Assembly: GCA_050246755.1 (NCBI GenBank)
Contig: JBFWVL010000001.1
Coordinates: forward strand, 1,696,001 to 1,760,000
Origin: Bacteriovoracia bacterium
GTDB lineage: Bacteria; Bdellovibrionota; UBA1018; CAIPTA01
Length of the DNA stretch: 64,000 nucleotides
Direction of reading: 5' to 3'
The notes beneath the pieces are model-generated. The model saw only the letters and a list, made by a program, of their open reading frames with translations. It did not search any database and had not been told where the DNA came from. Positions 8,376 through 17,382 of this stretch are shown here, piece by piece. A program made the translations under genes and the position numbers. How positions within the stretch are numbered: position 1 is the first letter of the stretch; the number at the start of each line of letters is the position of its first letter.

Positions 8376-10997
8376 ATGCGAACCGAGTTTACCTGGTGGC
8401 TTGCCATTTTTCTTTGCTTCTCGTTTGCGGCGATCGCTTCGGCGGCCGATGCTCCGCTATTTCAAACCTTAGATCAATATACACGAATTCAGATCCCCGT
8501 AACCACCGGCTCTTCCTTCCGTTTGCTCAACGGCAATCCGGCCGAGACCAAGCTGATCGTGGATCGCCTGCGGCCGGAGGCGCTGAGTGCCGTCACCAGC
8601 TGGAGCGACAAGCGCGTGAAATCGGTGCAAGTTTCTGCCACCGGCCTCGATAAGGCCGAGCTCACGATCCGCTTTCAGGAAAATGACACCGAAGCTTTCG
8701 CGTATATGCAGGGCCCGAACTTGGTGCTCGATTTATGGCGCCAGGAGGGAACTCCCGCAAAACCCATTGCCGCGGCTCCGGTTCCGCAAAAAACTGTGGC
8801 TACCAAGCTTCCTTCGCAGGTGAAAAAGCCGGGCGGCGCCCACCGCGCGATCGCGAGTGTGGAAAAAGCGGAAAAGAAGAAAGCCGCTGCGAAAATTTCC
8901 ACCGTGCCTCCGCTCGAGAGCGGAAAAGATCTTTTCCAGAAATTTATTTTGCCCATGCCCGAGCTAAAAATTACCGCCAAAGACGGCGGCATCGATTTGC
9001 CGCCGGCGGTTAGTCCGGAGCAAAAGTGGAAGTTCTCCGAGGGCGATAAAACCACCGAGGAAGGCCGGGCCTTCGAGCTGGCCAAGCAGCTTTTCGCGCG
9101 TGGAAAATTCGGTCTCACGGTGAAAACGATCGAGATCGCCCTGCGCGACTTTCCGGAATCCGAGCACGTAGACGAGCTTCGCCTCCTCCAGGCCTTCTGC
9201 TACCGCCGCCTCGCGGAAACCACCGGCACTCCCTCCTTGGCTGACAAGGCGGAGACGATGTTTCTCGAAATGGCCTCCCAGCGCGACGGCGACGGGAACC
9301 CGCTGGCGTTCCAGCGCATTTTGCAGTTTTATTTTGGACAGAAGGAATTCGCCAAAGAGAATTGGCTGCAAGCGATCCAGCACTTCGAGGCGGTGGCGGC
9401 GGCCACCCCGGAAAAAGACGTGGACTTTCCCTACGTGCAGATCATTCTCGCCGAATGCTACACGAAGGTGGATCAAGCGCGCCGTGCGGAGCGTATCTAC
9501 CGCTACCTTGCCGAGCACTATCCGAGCCATGTTCTTGGCAAAGAGGGCCGTTACCGCATCGCCAATCTGCTGGGCCTCGAAAAAAACTACGGCCGTGTGA
9601 TCGAAGAGGGCGAAAAGGCGCTGCGCGAACAGCCCGCCTACGAGAAGCAGCGCCTAGAAGTTTTATTCCAGATCGGCGAAGCAAGTTTTGCTCTCGGTCA
9701 GTACGCGCGCGCGGAAAAGTACTTCAAACGCTTCACCGAGCTGAATTCTGCCGCCACCACTGCCGGCCTGGCCTGGGTACGCTTGGGTGAGATCGCAGAA
9801 ATCGCGCGCAAGGATGTAATGGAAGCCCGCAAATATTATATGCGCGCCAAGAACGGATATCCTTTTTCGCAGGCCGATCTAGTGGCCACGGTGCGCCTGG
9901 CGCGCATCGATTTGCCCAATGAGCCCGATCCCGCCTATATGGTGAAAGTTCTTTCGGATCTCTTGCCGAGCAAATTCCTGGATTCGGATTTGCGTAATAT
10001 GACGAAAATTGCGCTCGGCCAGTACCTTTTGGCCACCGGCCAGCTCGACGAAGCTATTTCCCTCGCGCAAAACGGCATGGCGCAAACCGAAGGCCCGGCC
10101 TACGAGGGCTTCAAGACCGCTTATATGCGGGCGCTCGTAGCAAAGATGAATTTTCTCAACTCCAAGAATCGCTTCGCCGAGGCACTGAGCCTCTTTAACC
10201 GCGAGCGAAAATGGTTCGATCTCCACGGCGCGGAGAGCTATCGCGTGGCCGCCGAAACATTTCGCGGGCTCGGTCTCTACGCCACGAGTAACGAAATGAT
10301 GGAAAAATTCCGCCTCGAATCCGCCAAGGGGCGAGGCCTAGCTTCCCTGGCGAGCGATCCATCCCTGCAGGCCGCCAAGGCGAAGAATAGTTTCGCGCGC
10401 GGGGCCTACTCCGAAGCGATCGCCCTCGTCTACGGTAAAAGCGATGCCGAGAGCCTCGTGATTAGAGCTCTTTCCGACTATCGGCTTGGCCATAAAAAAG
10501 AAGCCTTCGCCGCGGCGGAAAAAGCCTTCACCCAGATCAAGGTGGAGAACGCGAAGGTGAGCGACGCGAATATCCTGAGCCTGAATGAGATCGTTGTAGA
10601 CCGCGATCAGACCGACCGAGATTTCCGGCGCATGGAGCAGGACATAGATCGCAGCGCCGCGCTGATGGAAAAGGAAAGCGAAGAGTTGGCCTACGCCAAG
10701 GCCGACGCTCTCTGGTACCAGAAGCGCCACGCGCAAGCGCAGGCGGCGTATGCGGCGGCGATCGAAAAATTTCCCAAGAGCGCCCGCGTGGATCGCGCCA
10801 AGTACAATCTCGGCATGAGCTTCGTGAGTGTCGGGAAGCGCCAGGAGGCCGTCAAGGTGTTGACGGAGGTGCGCGATTCGAGTCAAACCGTATGGGCGGA
10901 ATCCGCGAAACAGGAATTACAGCTTATCGAGTGGGAGTCGAAATACTCTTCTATATTAAGGACCTTACCACCGAGCGGGCTCGGTATTCCCAATTGA
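8376..10997 (+). CDS. Exported tetratricopeptide-repeat protein, flagella-associated
   Basis: Signal peptide, beta-rich N-domain, Pro/Lys/Ala linker, many TPR-like helix pairs; sigma54 promoter; directly upstream of flgB. Confidence 0.85.
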   Translation: MRTEFTWWLAIFLCFSFAAIASAADAPLFQTLDQYTRIQIPVTTGSSFRLLNGNPAETKLIVDRLRPEALSAVTSWSDKRVKSVQVSATGLDKAELTIRFQENDTEAFAYMQGPNLVLDLWRQEGTPAKPIAAAPVPQKTVATKLPSQVKKPGGAHRAIASVEKAEKKKAAAKISTVPPLESGKDLFQKFILPMPELKITAKDGGIDLPPAVSPEQKWKFSEGDKTTEEGRAFELAKQLFARGKFGLTVKTIEIALRDFPESEHVDELRLLQAFCYRRLAETTGTPSLADKAETMFLEMASQRDGDGNPLAFQRILQFYFGQKEFAKENWLQAIQHFEAVAAATPEKDVDFPYVQIILAECYTKVDQARRAERIYRYLAEHYPSHVLGKEGRYRIANLLGLEKNYGRVIEEGEKALREQPAYEKQRLEVLFQIGEASFALGQYARAEKYFKRFTELNSAATTAGLAWVRLGEIAEIARKDVMEARKYYMRAKNGYPFSQADLVATVRLARIDLPNEPDPAYMVKVLSDLLPSKFLDSDLRNMTKIALGQYLLATGQLDEAISLAQNGMAQTEGPAYEGFKTAYMRALVAKMNFLNSKNRFAEALSLFNRERKWFDLHGAESYRVAAETFRGLGLYATSNEMMEKFRLESAKGRGLASLASDPSLQAAKAKNSFARGAYSEAIALVYGKSDAESLVIRALSDYRLGHKKEAFAAAEKAFTQIKVENAKVSDANILSLNEIVVDRDQTDRDFRRMEQDIDRSAALMEKESEELAYAKADALWYQKRHAQAQAAYAAAIEKFPKSARVDRAKYNLGMSFVSVGKRQEAVKVLTEVRDSSQTVWAESAKQELQLIEWESKYSSILRTLPPSGLGIPN
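10851..10864. promoter_or_regulatory. Putative enhancer box inside the TPR gene
   Basis: Perfect GTCAA-GGTG-TTGAC inverted repeat about 140 bp upstream of the flgB sigma54 promoter. Confidence 0.6.
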
Positions 10998-11004
10998 CGA
11001 GGGC

Positions 11005-11019
11005 TGGCATACGCCTTGC
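11005..11019 (+). promoter_or_regulatory. Sigma54 promoter of the flgB operon
   Basis: TGGCATACGCCTTGC. Confidence 0.85.
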
Positions 11020-11062
11020 TCTTGGTTAGGCAGTAACGTTCCACTCGGCCAAGGAGGGCTAG

Positions 11063-11476
11063 GTGAGCATTAAACTGTTCGACAATACTTTTGAAGCACT
11101 CGCCAAGTCGCTCGACTTGCGATCGGAGCGCCAGGTTGTCATTTCTTCCAACGTGGCCAATGCCAATACTCCCGGATACCAGGCCAAAGAGCTGGATTTT
11201 GAGGGAGCTCTTTCGCGTGCGCTCACGCTCGACGGTAAACCGATGGATCGCACCAACGAGATGCACATGACCTCGGGTGGCGAAGTGGGAGATGTCCGCG
11301 GAGAAATTTACAACCAAGTGAATAATGTGATCCGCGAAGACGGAAATACCGTGGACCGCGATGCTGAGCTCACCGCCATGGCGGAAAACCATTTGCTCTA
11401 CAACGCGGCGGCCGATCTGGTGAAGAAAAAACTCGCCATGCTGAAGTACGCCATTACCGACGGAGGTAGCCATTAA
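11063..11476 (+). CDS. flgB: Flagellar basal-body rod protein FlgB
   Basis: SNVANANTPGY, REDGNTVD. Confidence 0.96.
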   Translation: MSIKLFDNTFEALAKSLDLRSERQVVISSNVANANTPGYQAKELDFEGALSRALTLDGKPMDRTNEMHMTSGGEVGDVRGEIYNQVNNVIREDGNTVDRDAELTAMAENHLLYNAAADLVKKKLAMLKYAITDGGSH

Positions 11477-11895
11477 TGGATTTGCTTTCTTCGATGCGCA
11501 TTAGCGCCACCGGCCTCGCCGCTGAAACTACGCGGATGAACACGATCTCTTCCAATATCGCCAACGCCGAAACGGCCGGCTATAAGCGCAAGGATCCTAT
11601 TTTTCAGGCCGAAGCCGATCGCGAAAGCTTTGGGGAGATCTTGAAAGACCGGATGGACGAAAACGCCCAGGGTGTGCTGGTTTCCGATATTGCCGAAGAT
11701 ACCCGCCCGGCCAAACTTGTGTACCGGCCCCACGACCACCACGCGAACGCGGAAGGCTACGTGGAGATGCCGAACGTGAGCGTAGTGGAAGAAACCGCCA
11801 ATATGGTGGCCGCCTCCCGGGCCTACGAAGCAAACATCGCGGCCATCAATACCGCCAAATCCATGGCGCTCAAAGCGCTGGATATCGGAAAGTAA
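11476..11895 (+). CDS. flgC: Flagellar basal-body rod protein FlgC
   Basis: SNIANAET, GYVEMPNV, ASRAYEAN. Confidence 0.96.
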   Translation: MDLLSSMRISATGLAAETTRMNTISSNIANAETAGYKRKDPIFQAEADRESFGEILKDRMDENAQGVLVSDIAEDTRPAKLVYRPHDHHANAEGYVEMPNVSVVEETANMVAASRAYEANIAAINTAKSMALKALDIGK

Positions 11896-11903
11896 GGTAG
11901 AGC

Positions 11904-12248
11904 ATGTCGATCGAATTTAGCAAAATGAGCGGAGTGGGTGGGGGTTTCGATTCCGCCCGCCTGCGCGAGTCCCGCGAGAACCTGCTGGAAGGTACGAAAG
12001 AAGTTGGCCCCACCGGAGAAACAGGCGGAGCAAGTTTCGGAGATTTCCTGCAAAATATGGTTAAGGAAGCAAATTCGTCGCAGGTATTGGCCGACCAAAA
12101 ATTGAACGAAGTAGCGGCGGGAAGAAATAAAGACCTCCACGGAGCAGTGATGCAAATGGAGAAGGCCGACGTAAATTTTAGATTGCTCACGCAGGTGAGA
12201 AACAAGGTGATCGAGGCGTACCGCGAGATCATGCGCATGCAAGTTTGA
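11904..12248 (+). CDS. fliE: Hook-basal body protein FliE
   Basis: QVRNKVIEAYREIMRMQV. Confidence 0.96.
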   Translation: MSIEFSKMSGVGGGFDSARLRESRENLLEGTKEVGPTGETGGASFGDFLQNMVKEANSSQVLADQKLNEVAAGRNKDLHGAVMQMEKADVNFRLLTQVRNKVIEAYREIMRMQV

Positions 12249-12260
12249 GTGGAGGGGTAA

Positions 12261-13928
12261 GTGTTCGAATTTTTCACTAAAAGCGCTTCTACGATGTGGG
12301 CTTTCTTCCAGGGGCTTTCCTCTGGCCGCAAAACCGCGTTCGTACTGCTGGTGATAGGCCTCGTGGCGGGCATGGGCACGCTATTCTACTGGGCCAGCCG
12401 CACTAGCTATGCCACCCTCATGACGAACCTCGCTCCCGAGGATTCCACCGCCATCATCCGCTACCTCCGTGATAAGCGAATTCCTTTCATCGTGGACGAA
12501 TCCGGTCGCAATATTTCCGTGCCGCCCGAAAAAGTCTACGATCTTCGCCTCGAGCTCGCGAGCACTGGCCTCGCGCAAACCGGCGTGGTGGGCTACGAGG
12601 TTTTCGACAAACAAAGCTTCGGTGCCACGAGCACGGTGCAGAGAATTAACGAGCAGCGTGCCCTCGAGGGCGAGCTCATCCGCACGATCAATCATATTCG
12701 CGGCGTGGAGCGCTCGCGCGTGCACTTGGCGATTCCCGTGAAGAGCGCCTTTCTAGAGAGCGAGCAGAAGCCCACCGCCTCGGTGATCCTGGATCTCGAT
12801 CCCTCCTTCAATCCCAGCGAAGACCAGGTGAAGGGCATGCAGCGCCTCGTGGCCTCGGCCGTGAAGGGCATGGATATCAATGCCGTAACGATTATTTCCA
12901 ATAGCGGAAAGCCGCTCTCGAACAATACCGAAGACCCAGCCGCCGCGTTCGCCGCCGCTTCGCTCGATTACCAGCGCAAGTTCGAGCAGAAACTGGAAGC
13001 GAAAGTGCAAGGCTTGCTTGCCACCGTGGTGGGCGAAGGCAAGGTGGTGGCGAAGATCAACGCCGACTTCGACTTTAGCCGCGAAGCTTCTACACAGACT
13101 CTCTTCGATGGCGAGAATACCGCCATCCGTTCCACCAATCGCGATGTGGACACGATGCAGGGCTCGCGGCCGCTTCCTTCCGGGCAGCCCGGCGTGAAGT
13201 CAAGCATCCCTGGCGCCGAGAATCAGCCGGCTAATAACCCGGTGGCTTCGAACTCCACGAACCGCAACCAAGAAGTGGTGAACTACGAAGTTCCCAAGAC
13301 CGTGAAGAGCACCGAGAAGCCGATGGCTACTCTGAAGCGCCTCTCGGTGGCGGTGATGGTGGACGAATCCTCCTCCAAGGACGCGAACGGAGTGGTAACG
13401 CACCAGCCGATCTCGAAAGAGAAGCTCGCCGAGTTCCAGTCGATCGTGGCCAACGCCGTGGGCTGGGATAAAGACCGCGATCCGCAGATCGAAGTGAAGA
13501 GCCTCGCTTTCTTCCGCGAAGATCTCGACGCCGCCAACCAAGCGGCCATTTCCGCCGAGCGCAGCAAGCTCTTTGGCCAGCTCGCCCAGTGGAGCGCGAT
13601 CGGCTTGATCTTCACGCTCTTCTTCCTCTTCGTGGTTCGCCCCTTCATTAAATGGGTTACCGAGAACACCGTGGACAGCGTGGAAGATTTCTTGCCGCAG
13701 ACTCTCGAAGAGCTCGAGAAGGTGCAGAGCCGCCAGGTGGCTCAGTCGCTCGAGGATATTCTCCCGGAAATCGAGGAGAAGGTGGATCCCGAGAAGGTAC
13801 AGAGCGAGATGCTCAAAGAGAAAGTTGTGGCCCTCGTTACCGACAATCCGCATAAGGCTTCCCAGATCCTGCACGAATGGATCATGGAAAAGCCGGAAGA
13901 CGGCAAGAAGGATGAGAAGAGCGCCTAG
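12261..13928 (+). CDS. fliF: MS-ring protein FliF
   Basis: Two TMs, GYEVFD, RALEGELIRTI, RLSVAVMVD. Confidence 0.96.
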   Translation: MFEFFTKSASTMWAFFQGLSSGRKTAFVLLVIGLVAGMGTLFYWASRTSYATLMTNLAPEDSTAIIRYLRDKRIPFIVDESGRNISVPPEKVYDLRLELASTGLAQTGVVGYEVFDKQSFGATSTVQRINEQRALEGELIRTINHIRGVERSRVHLAIPVKSAFLESEQKPTASVILDLDPSFNPSEDQVKGMQRLVASAVKGMDINAVTIISNSGKPLSNNTEDPAAAFAAASLDYQRKFEQKLEAKVQGLLATVVGEGKVVAKINADFDFSREASTQTLFDGENTAIRSTNRDVDTMQGSRPLPSGQPGVKSSIPGAENQPANNPVASNSTNRNQEVVNYEVPKTVKSTEKPMATLKRLSVAVMVDESSSKDANGVVTHQPISKEKLAEFQSIVANAVGWDKDRDPQIEVKSLAFFREDLDAANQAAISAERSKLFGQLAQWSAIGLIFTLFFLFVVRPFIKWVTENTVDSVEDFLPQTLEELEKVQSRQVAQSLEDILPEIEEKVDPEKVQSEMLKEKVVALVTDNPHKASQILHEWIMEKPEDGKKDEKSA

Positions 13929-13954
13929 TTTTGAGTTTTTCGGAGGTTTGATCC

Positions 13955-14971
13955 ATGGCCGCGTTTCCGATTGAATATGATGAGCTGACCGGGCTGCAAA
14001 AAGCATCCTTGCTGATGAACGTTTTGGGCCCCAGCTGCTCGAAGAAAATTTTCGGCCAGCTCAAGGATAACGACATCAAGCGTTTGCTCGGCACCATGTC
14101 TTCCGTAGAGAAAGCCCCCGTAACGATGGTAAAGCGCGTACTCGAAGATTTTTTCTTTGAGCTCAGCGAGGAAGAATCCCTTATCTTCGGCACTTCGAAA
14201 GGCAAAAATTTCATTCTCGAAACGCTCGGCGAAGAGCGCGCGAAAAATATCTTGGGCAACGTGGGCCTCCACGACGGCGCGAAAACCCTCGAGGCCCTCG
14301 AGCTCGTGGATACCCGCACTCTCGCCAATTTCCTCGTGAACGAGCACCCGCAAACGATCGCCTTGATCGTGGCGCATCTCGATCCGCTCAAGAAGAGCGA
14401 TACCATCAAGCGCTTGCCCGACGCGCTTCAGGCCGAAGTGGTTATGCGCTTGGCGAATATCGATTTCATTTCTCCCGAGCTTCTGGCCCAGCTCGACGAC
14501 GTGCTCAAGATGGAACTCGCCAATGTGGGCACCATCGACTCCACCTCGCTCGGCGGCGTGGAACCAGTGGCCGAAATGCTCAACACGATGGACAAGACCA
14601 CCGAGACCAATATCATGGCCCGCGTGGAAGAGAAGGATCCCGAGCTCGCCGAAGAGATCAAAAAGCTCATGTTCGTGTTCGAGGATCTCGTTATGCTCGA
14701 CGATCGCGGCATGCAGGCTTTACTCAAGGAAGTTCCGAACGACAAGCTCATCATCGCGCTCAAGACGGCTCCCGAAGAGATCAAGCAAAAGATCTTCAAG
14801 AACATGTCTTCCCGCGCTTCCCAGCTTCTCCAGGAAGACTTGGCGAACATGGGCCCGCAAAAGCTCTCCGACGTGGAAGCGGCCCAGAGCGAAGTGGTCA
14901 ATATCGCGAAGCGGCTTGAGACCGAAGGCAAGATCCAGATTAACCGCGGCGGCGCGGATACCTTCGTATGA
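13955..14971 (+). CDS. fliG: Motor switch protein FliG
   Basis: EHPQTIALI, LMFVFEDL, NMSSRA. Confidence 0.97.
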   Translation: MAAFPIEYDELTGLQKASLLMNVLGPSCSKKIFGQLKDNDIKRLLGTMSSVEKAPVTMVKRVLEDFFFELSEEESLIFGTSKGKNFILETLGEERAKNILGNVGLHDGAKTLEALELVDTRTLANFLVNEHPQTIALIVAHLDPLKKSDTIKRLPDALQAEVVMRLANIDFISPELLAQLDDVLKMELANVGTIDSTSLGGVEPVAEMLNTMDKTTETNIMARVEEKDPELAEEIKKLMFVFEDLVMLDDRGMQALLKEVPNDKLIIALKTAPEEIKQKIFKNMSSRASQLLQEDLANMGPQKLSDVEAAQSEVVNIAKRLETEGKIQINRGGADTFV

Positions 14972-15753
14972 GTTTCGAACCCTTCCAATACCAAGGCGCC
15001 AAGAAAGTTTCCGGATCGGCCGATCCGAAAGCCCCGGTGCCGGCGGGAGTTTCCGGCGGGCCGGTTAAATACCAAGAGCCCACTTTCGTTAGCCGCGTGA
15101 GTCCCAAGGAAGCGGATTCCTCTCATCGCCACCAGAACGAGCATTTCCACTTGGATAAAGCCGTGGCTGGTCAGCTAGGCATCGACGATCGGGTGAAGCA
15201 GGAGCAGGAAGACTATCTCGAAAAAGAGCTCGCGCGGCGCTGGGAGAAAATGAGCGATCAGGCGGAGGCCGCCGGTTATACGAAAGGCCTCGAAGAAGGG
15301 AAAGCCGAGGCGCACAAAGCAGAAGTTCCGCGGCTTACCGAGCGCATGGCCAAGTTCGATCAGCTTTTGCAAGAGCTCGACGGCTGCCGCGCCCAGGTGT
15401 TTACCGCCAACGAGGCTTTTCTGATGGACCTAGTTGCCCGCGTGGCCGGCATGGTGGCGCTCAAGGAAGTGGAGGTCGATCCCGATTATATTCGCCGCGT
15501 GGTGATGGCCCTGCTCCAACAGCTCGGCAGCAAAGACGATTTAAAAATTTTTCTCTCGGAGGCGGATGTCGCCAATATCGACTCACTCCGCGGCGTGATC
15601 GAGAAGGAATACGGCAAGCTCACCAATACGGTGATCGAAACCAGCCCCGAAATCCCCGTGGGCGGCTGCAAAATCGAGACGCGTTTCGGCGTGGTGGATG
15701 CTTCCGTGGCCACCCAGATCGACAACGTAATGAAGGCGCTCAAAACGCGCTAG
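14968..15753 (+). CDS. fliH: Flagellar assembly protein FliH
   Basis: GYTKGLEEGK repeat, GGCKIETRFGVVDA. Confidence 0.92.
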   Translation: MSFEPFQYQGAKKVSGSADPKAPVPAGVSGGPVKYQEPTFVSRVSPKEADSSHRHQNEHFHLDKAVAGQLGIDDRVKQEQEDYLEKELARRWEKMSDQAEAAGYTKGLEEGKAEAHKAEVPRLTERMAKFDQLLQELDGCRAQVFTANEAFLMDLVARVAGMVALKEVEVDPDYIRRVVMALLQQLGSKDDLKIFLSEADVANIDSLRGVIEKEYGKLTNTVIETSPEIPVGGCKIETRFGVVDASVATQIDNVMKALKTR

Positions 15754-15759
15754 TCTTCA

Positions 15760-15772
15760 TAAACCATTGATT
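15760..15772 (-). promoter_or_regulatory. IHF-like binding site in AT-rich spacer
   Basis: AATCAATGGTTTA matches WATCAANNNNTTR. Confidence 0.35.
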
Positions 15773-15935
15773 TTATATCATTTATTTAGATAGCTCCTCG
15801 GCGCTATTCTCCAATATCCTTTCTCGGAATGGATACCATATCTTTTTTGTCTAATAATCGTTGACTCTAATAACGCAGAGCGATAAATATTCTTCCACGC
15901 CAAATGGCGAATCTTTACAACTGAGAGCTTTGAAA

Positions 15936-16994
15936 ATGAAATTTCTGTCGGTGCTTCTTTGGCCACTCCTAATTCATCCGGCGCTTGCAGCGGAAAAGGG
16001 AGCCGCTCCCACTCCCGCCGAAACCAACGCGATCATCTCTAAGCAAATCGCCAAGCAGTTCGCCGCCCTCGGCGGATCTCCGAAGGCGCTGAAACACCTT
16101 GGCTGCTTCCTCAAAAACCAGCGTAATGCTCGTTTCGGTCTCAAAGAAATTAAGAACAAAAAAGACGCCAGCACCGTAGACCGTTGCAATAAAGTAGAAG
16201 GCGGCAAAGCCGAGATTTCTCTTCACCGCGAAGATTATGCTCTTGTAGTCGACTATACTCGCCCCCCCACCTCCCGCCGCATGTACCTCATTCCCCTCAG
16301 CGGGAAAGGAAAAGTAGAAAGTTACTACGCCGGCCATGGGCGCTTCGGCGAAACTCCCCGCAATACCGAGAAGGCCACCGTTAAAGGCAACGCGATCAAT
16401 TCCCTAAAGCTCTTCAGCAATAAACCCAACTCCAACGCCACCGCCACGGGCTTCTATATCGCCGGCCACGCGTACGTGGGTAAATACGACGGCCCAAAGA
16501 TCGAAAAAGTAAAAAAGCTCAAGAACGGCAAAACGAAAACCATCACCGTTAAGGAAGATCCCAAGCACCCGAAATTCTCTCTCGTCCTCCACGGCATCGA
16601 GCCCGAGGTGAACGATAACGCCTGTAACCGCGCCACCGTGATCCACGGTACCTCGAAAATCTCTGAAGCTGGAAAAAACGAAGGCGTGCATTTAATGAGC
16701 AGCGGCTGCCCAATGGTGGACTATAGGGCGGTAAACCGCATCGTAGAAAGCCTTAAGGGCGAGCGCGACCAAGGCGGCGCCGCGATCCTGTCTTTCGGCC
16801 CTCGTGAAGCGGCCCTCGACGATGACTATTATTGCGAGATGCGCCCGGGACAGAAGCCTAGCGTAGACGATTCCAAAAAGTCGGAAGTGAAGCCGGGGGA
16901 CGATAAGGCCGACGACGAAGACGCTACACCCGAAGAAGATGATAAAAGTGACGAGCCGGTAAAAGCCGACGCGCATGATCCGTTGGATCAGTAA
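15936..16994 (+). CDS. Secreted murein L,D-transpeptidase catalytic-domain protein (YkuD_2 type)
   Basis: Signal peptide; VVDYTRP..RRMY, GHGR, FSN.PNS..TATGFY, NDNA..R..VIHG, SSGC catalytic motif; acidic tail. Confidence 0.85.
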   Translation: MKFLSVLLWPLLIHPALAAEKGAAPTPAETNAIISKQIAKQFAALGGSPKALKHLGCFLKNQRNARFGLKEIKNKKDASTVDRCNKVEGGKAEISLHREDYALVVDYTRPPTSRRMYLIPLSGKGKVESYYAGHGRFGETPRNTEKATVKGNAINSLKLFSNKPNSNATATGFYIAGHAYVGKYDGPKIEKVKKLKNGKTKTITVKEDPKHPKFSLVLHGIEPEVNDNACNRATVIHGTSKISEAGKNEGVHLMSSGCPMVDYRAVNRIVESLKGERDQGGAAILSFGPREAALDDDYYCEMRPGQKPSVDDSKKSEVKPGDDKADDEDATPEEDDKSDEPVKADAHDPLDQ

Positions 16995-16995
16995 C

Positions 16996-17023
16996 GAAAA
17001 GGCAAAATGGCAGAAGGGCAAGA
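16996..17023 (+). repeat. Left arm of degenerate 8-nt tandem repeats, inverted relative to 17283-17318
   Basis: AAAAGGCA AAATGGCA GAAGGGCA. Confidence 0.6.
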
Positions 17024-17029
17024 TAGTGC

Positions 17030-17182
17030 TGGTTGCTATTTTGTCGTTCTTCACCCTCCCGTCGCCTTGCGATAAGACGATGCCCGATCTAACTGGTTTC
17101 TTAGGTGCCAAGGAACTGACGTTGTTTGGCAAAGCTGGGTGAACGAAATGGCGCCGTCGAGAGCTCGGGATTCGGTCGGCAT
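17030..17182 (-). pseudogene. Remnant of a four-helix-bundle (23S rRNA IVP/bAvd-like) protein gene
   Basis: MPTESRALDGAISFTQLCQTTSVPWHLRNQLDRASS, continuing in another frame as IVLSQGDGR..DK; resembles the family motif L..QL.RAASSI.LN.AEG.G; flanked by inverted short repeats. Confidence 0.6.
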
Positions 17183-17282
17183 GAAATGGTCTATTCCTAT
17201 ATGAATGGTTTTTGAGCTTTCACCTCCCACCGTGGGCAAGATCCAAGCCAGCGTTCCCACACGGTCTCCTAAATTTTTTTCT

Positions 17283-17318
17283 CTCTGCCTTTTTGCCCTT
17301 ATCCCCCTTTGCCTTTCC
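17283..17318 (-). repeat. Right arm of degenerate 8-nt repeats
   Basis: Minus strand AAAGGCAA AGGGGGAT AAGGGCAA AAAGGCAG. Confidence 0.6.
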
Positions 17319-17337
17319 TTATGGCCCCCCGTATAAT
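17309..17337 (+). promoter_or_regulatory. Putative sigma70 promoter upstream of fliI
   Basis: TTGCCT-N17-TATAAT. Confidence 0.6.
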
Positions 17338-17382
17338 TTTTATTAGTGTGATGCGTTTTTCTCCAGGAGGGAGACTAGCAGC

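Noticed and set aside
15861-15935. TTG-initiated extension of the YkuD gene
   Set aside because: The signal peptide begins at MKFLSV (15936).
16692-17260. Minus-strand ORFs 16692-17132 and 17051-17260 as intact genes
   Set aside because: Better read as two frames of one broken four-helix-bundle gene plus antisense of the YkuD gene.
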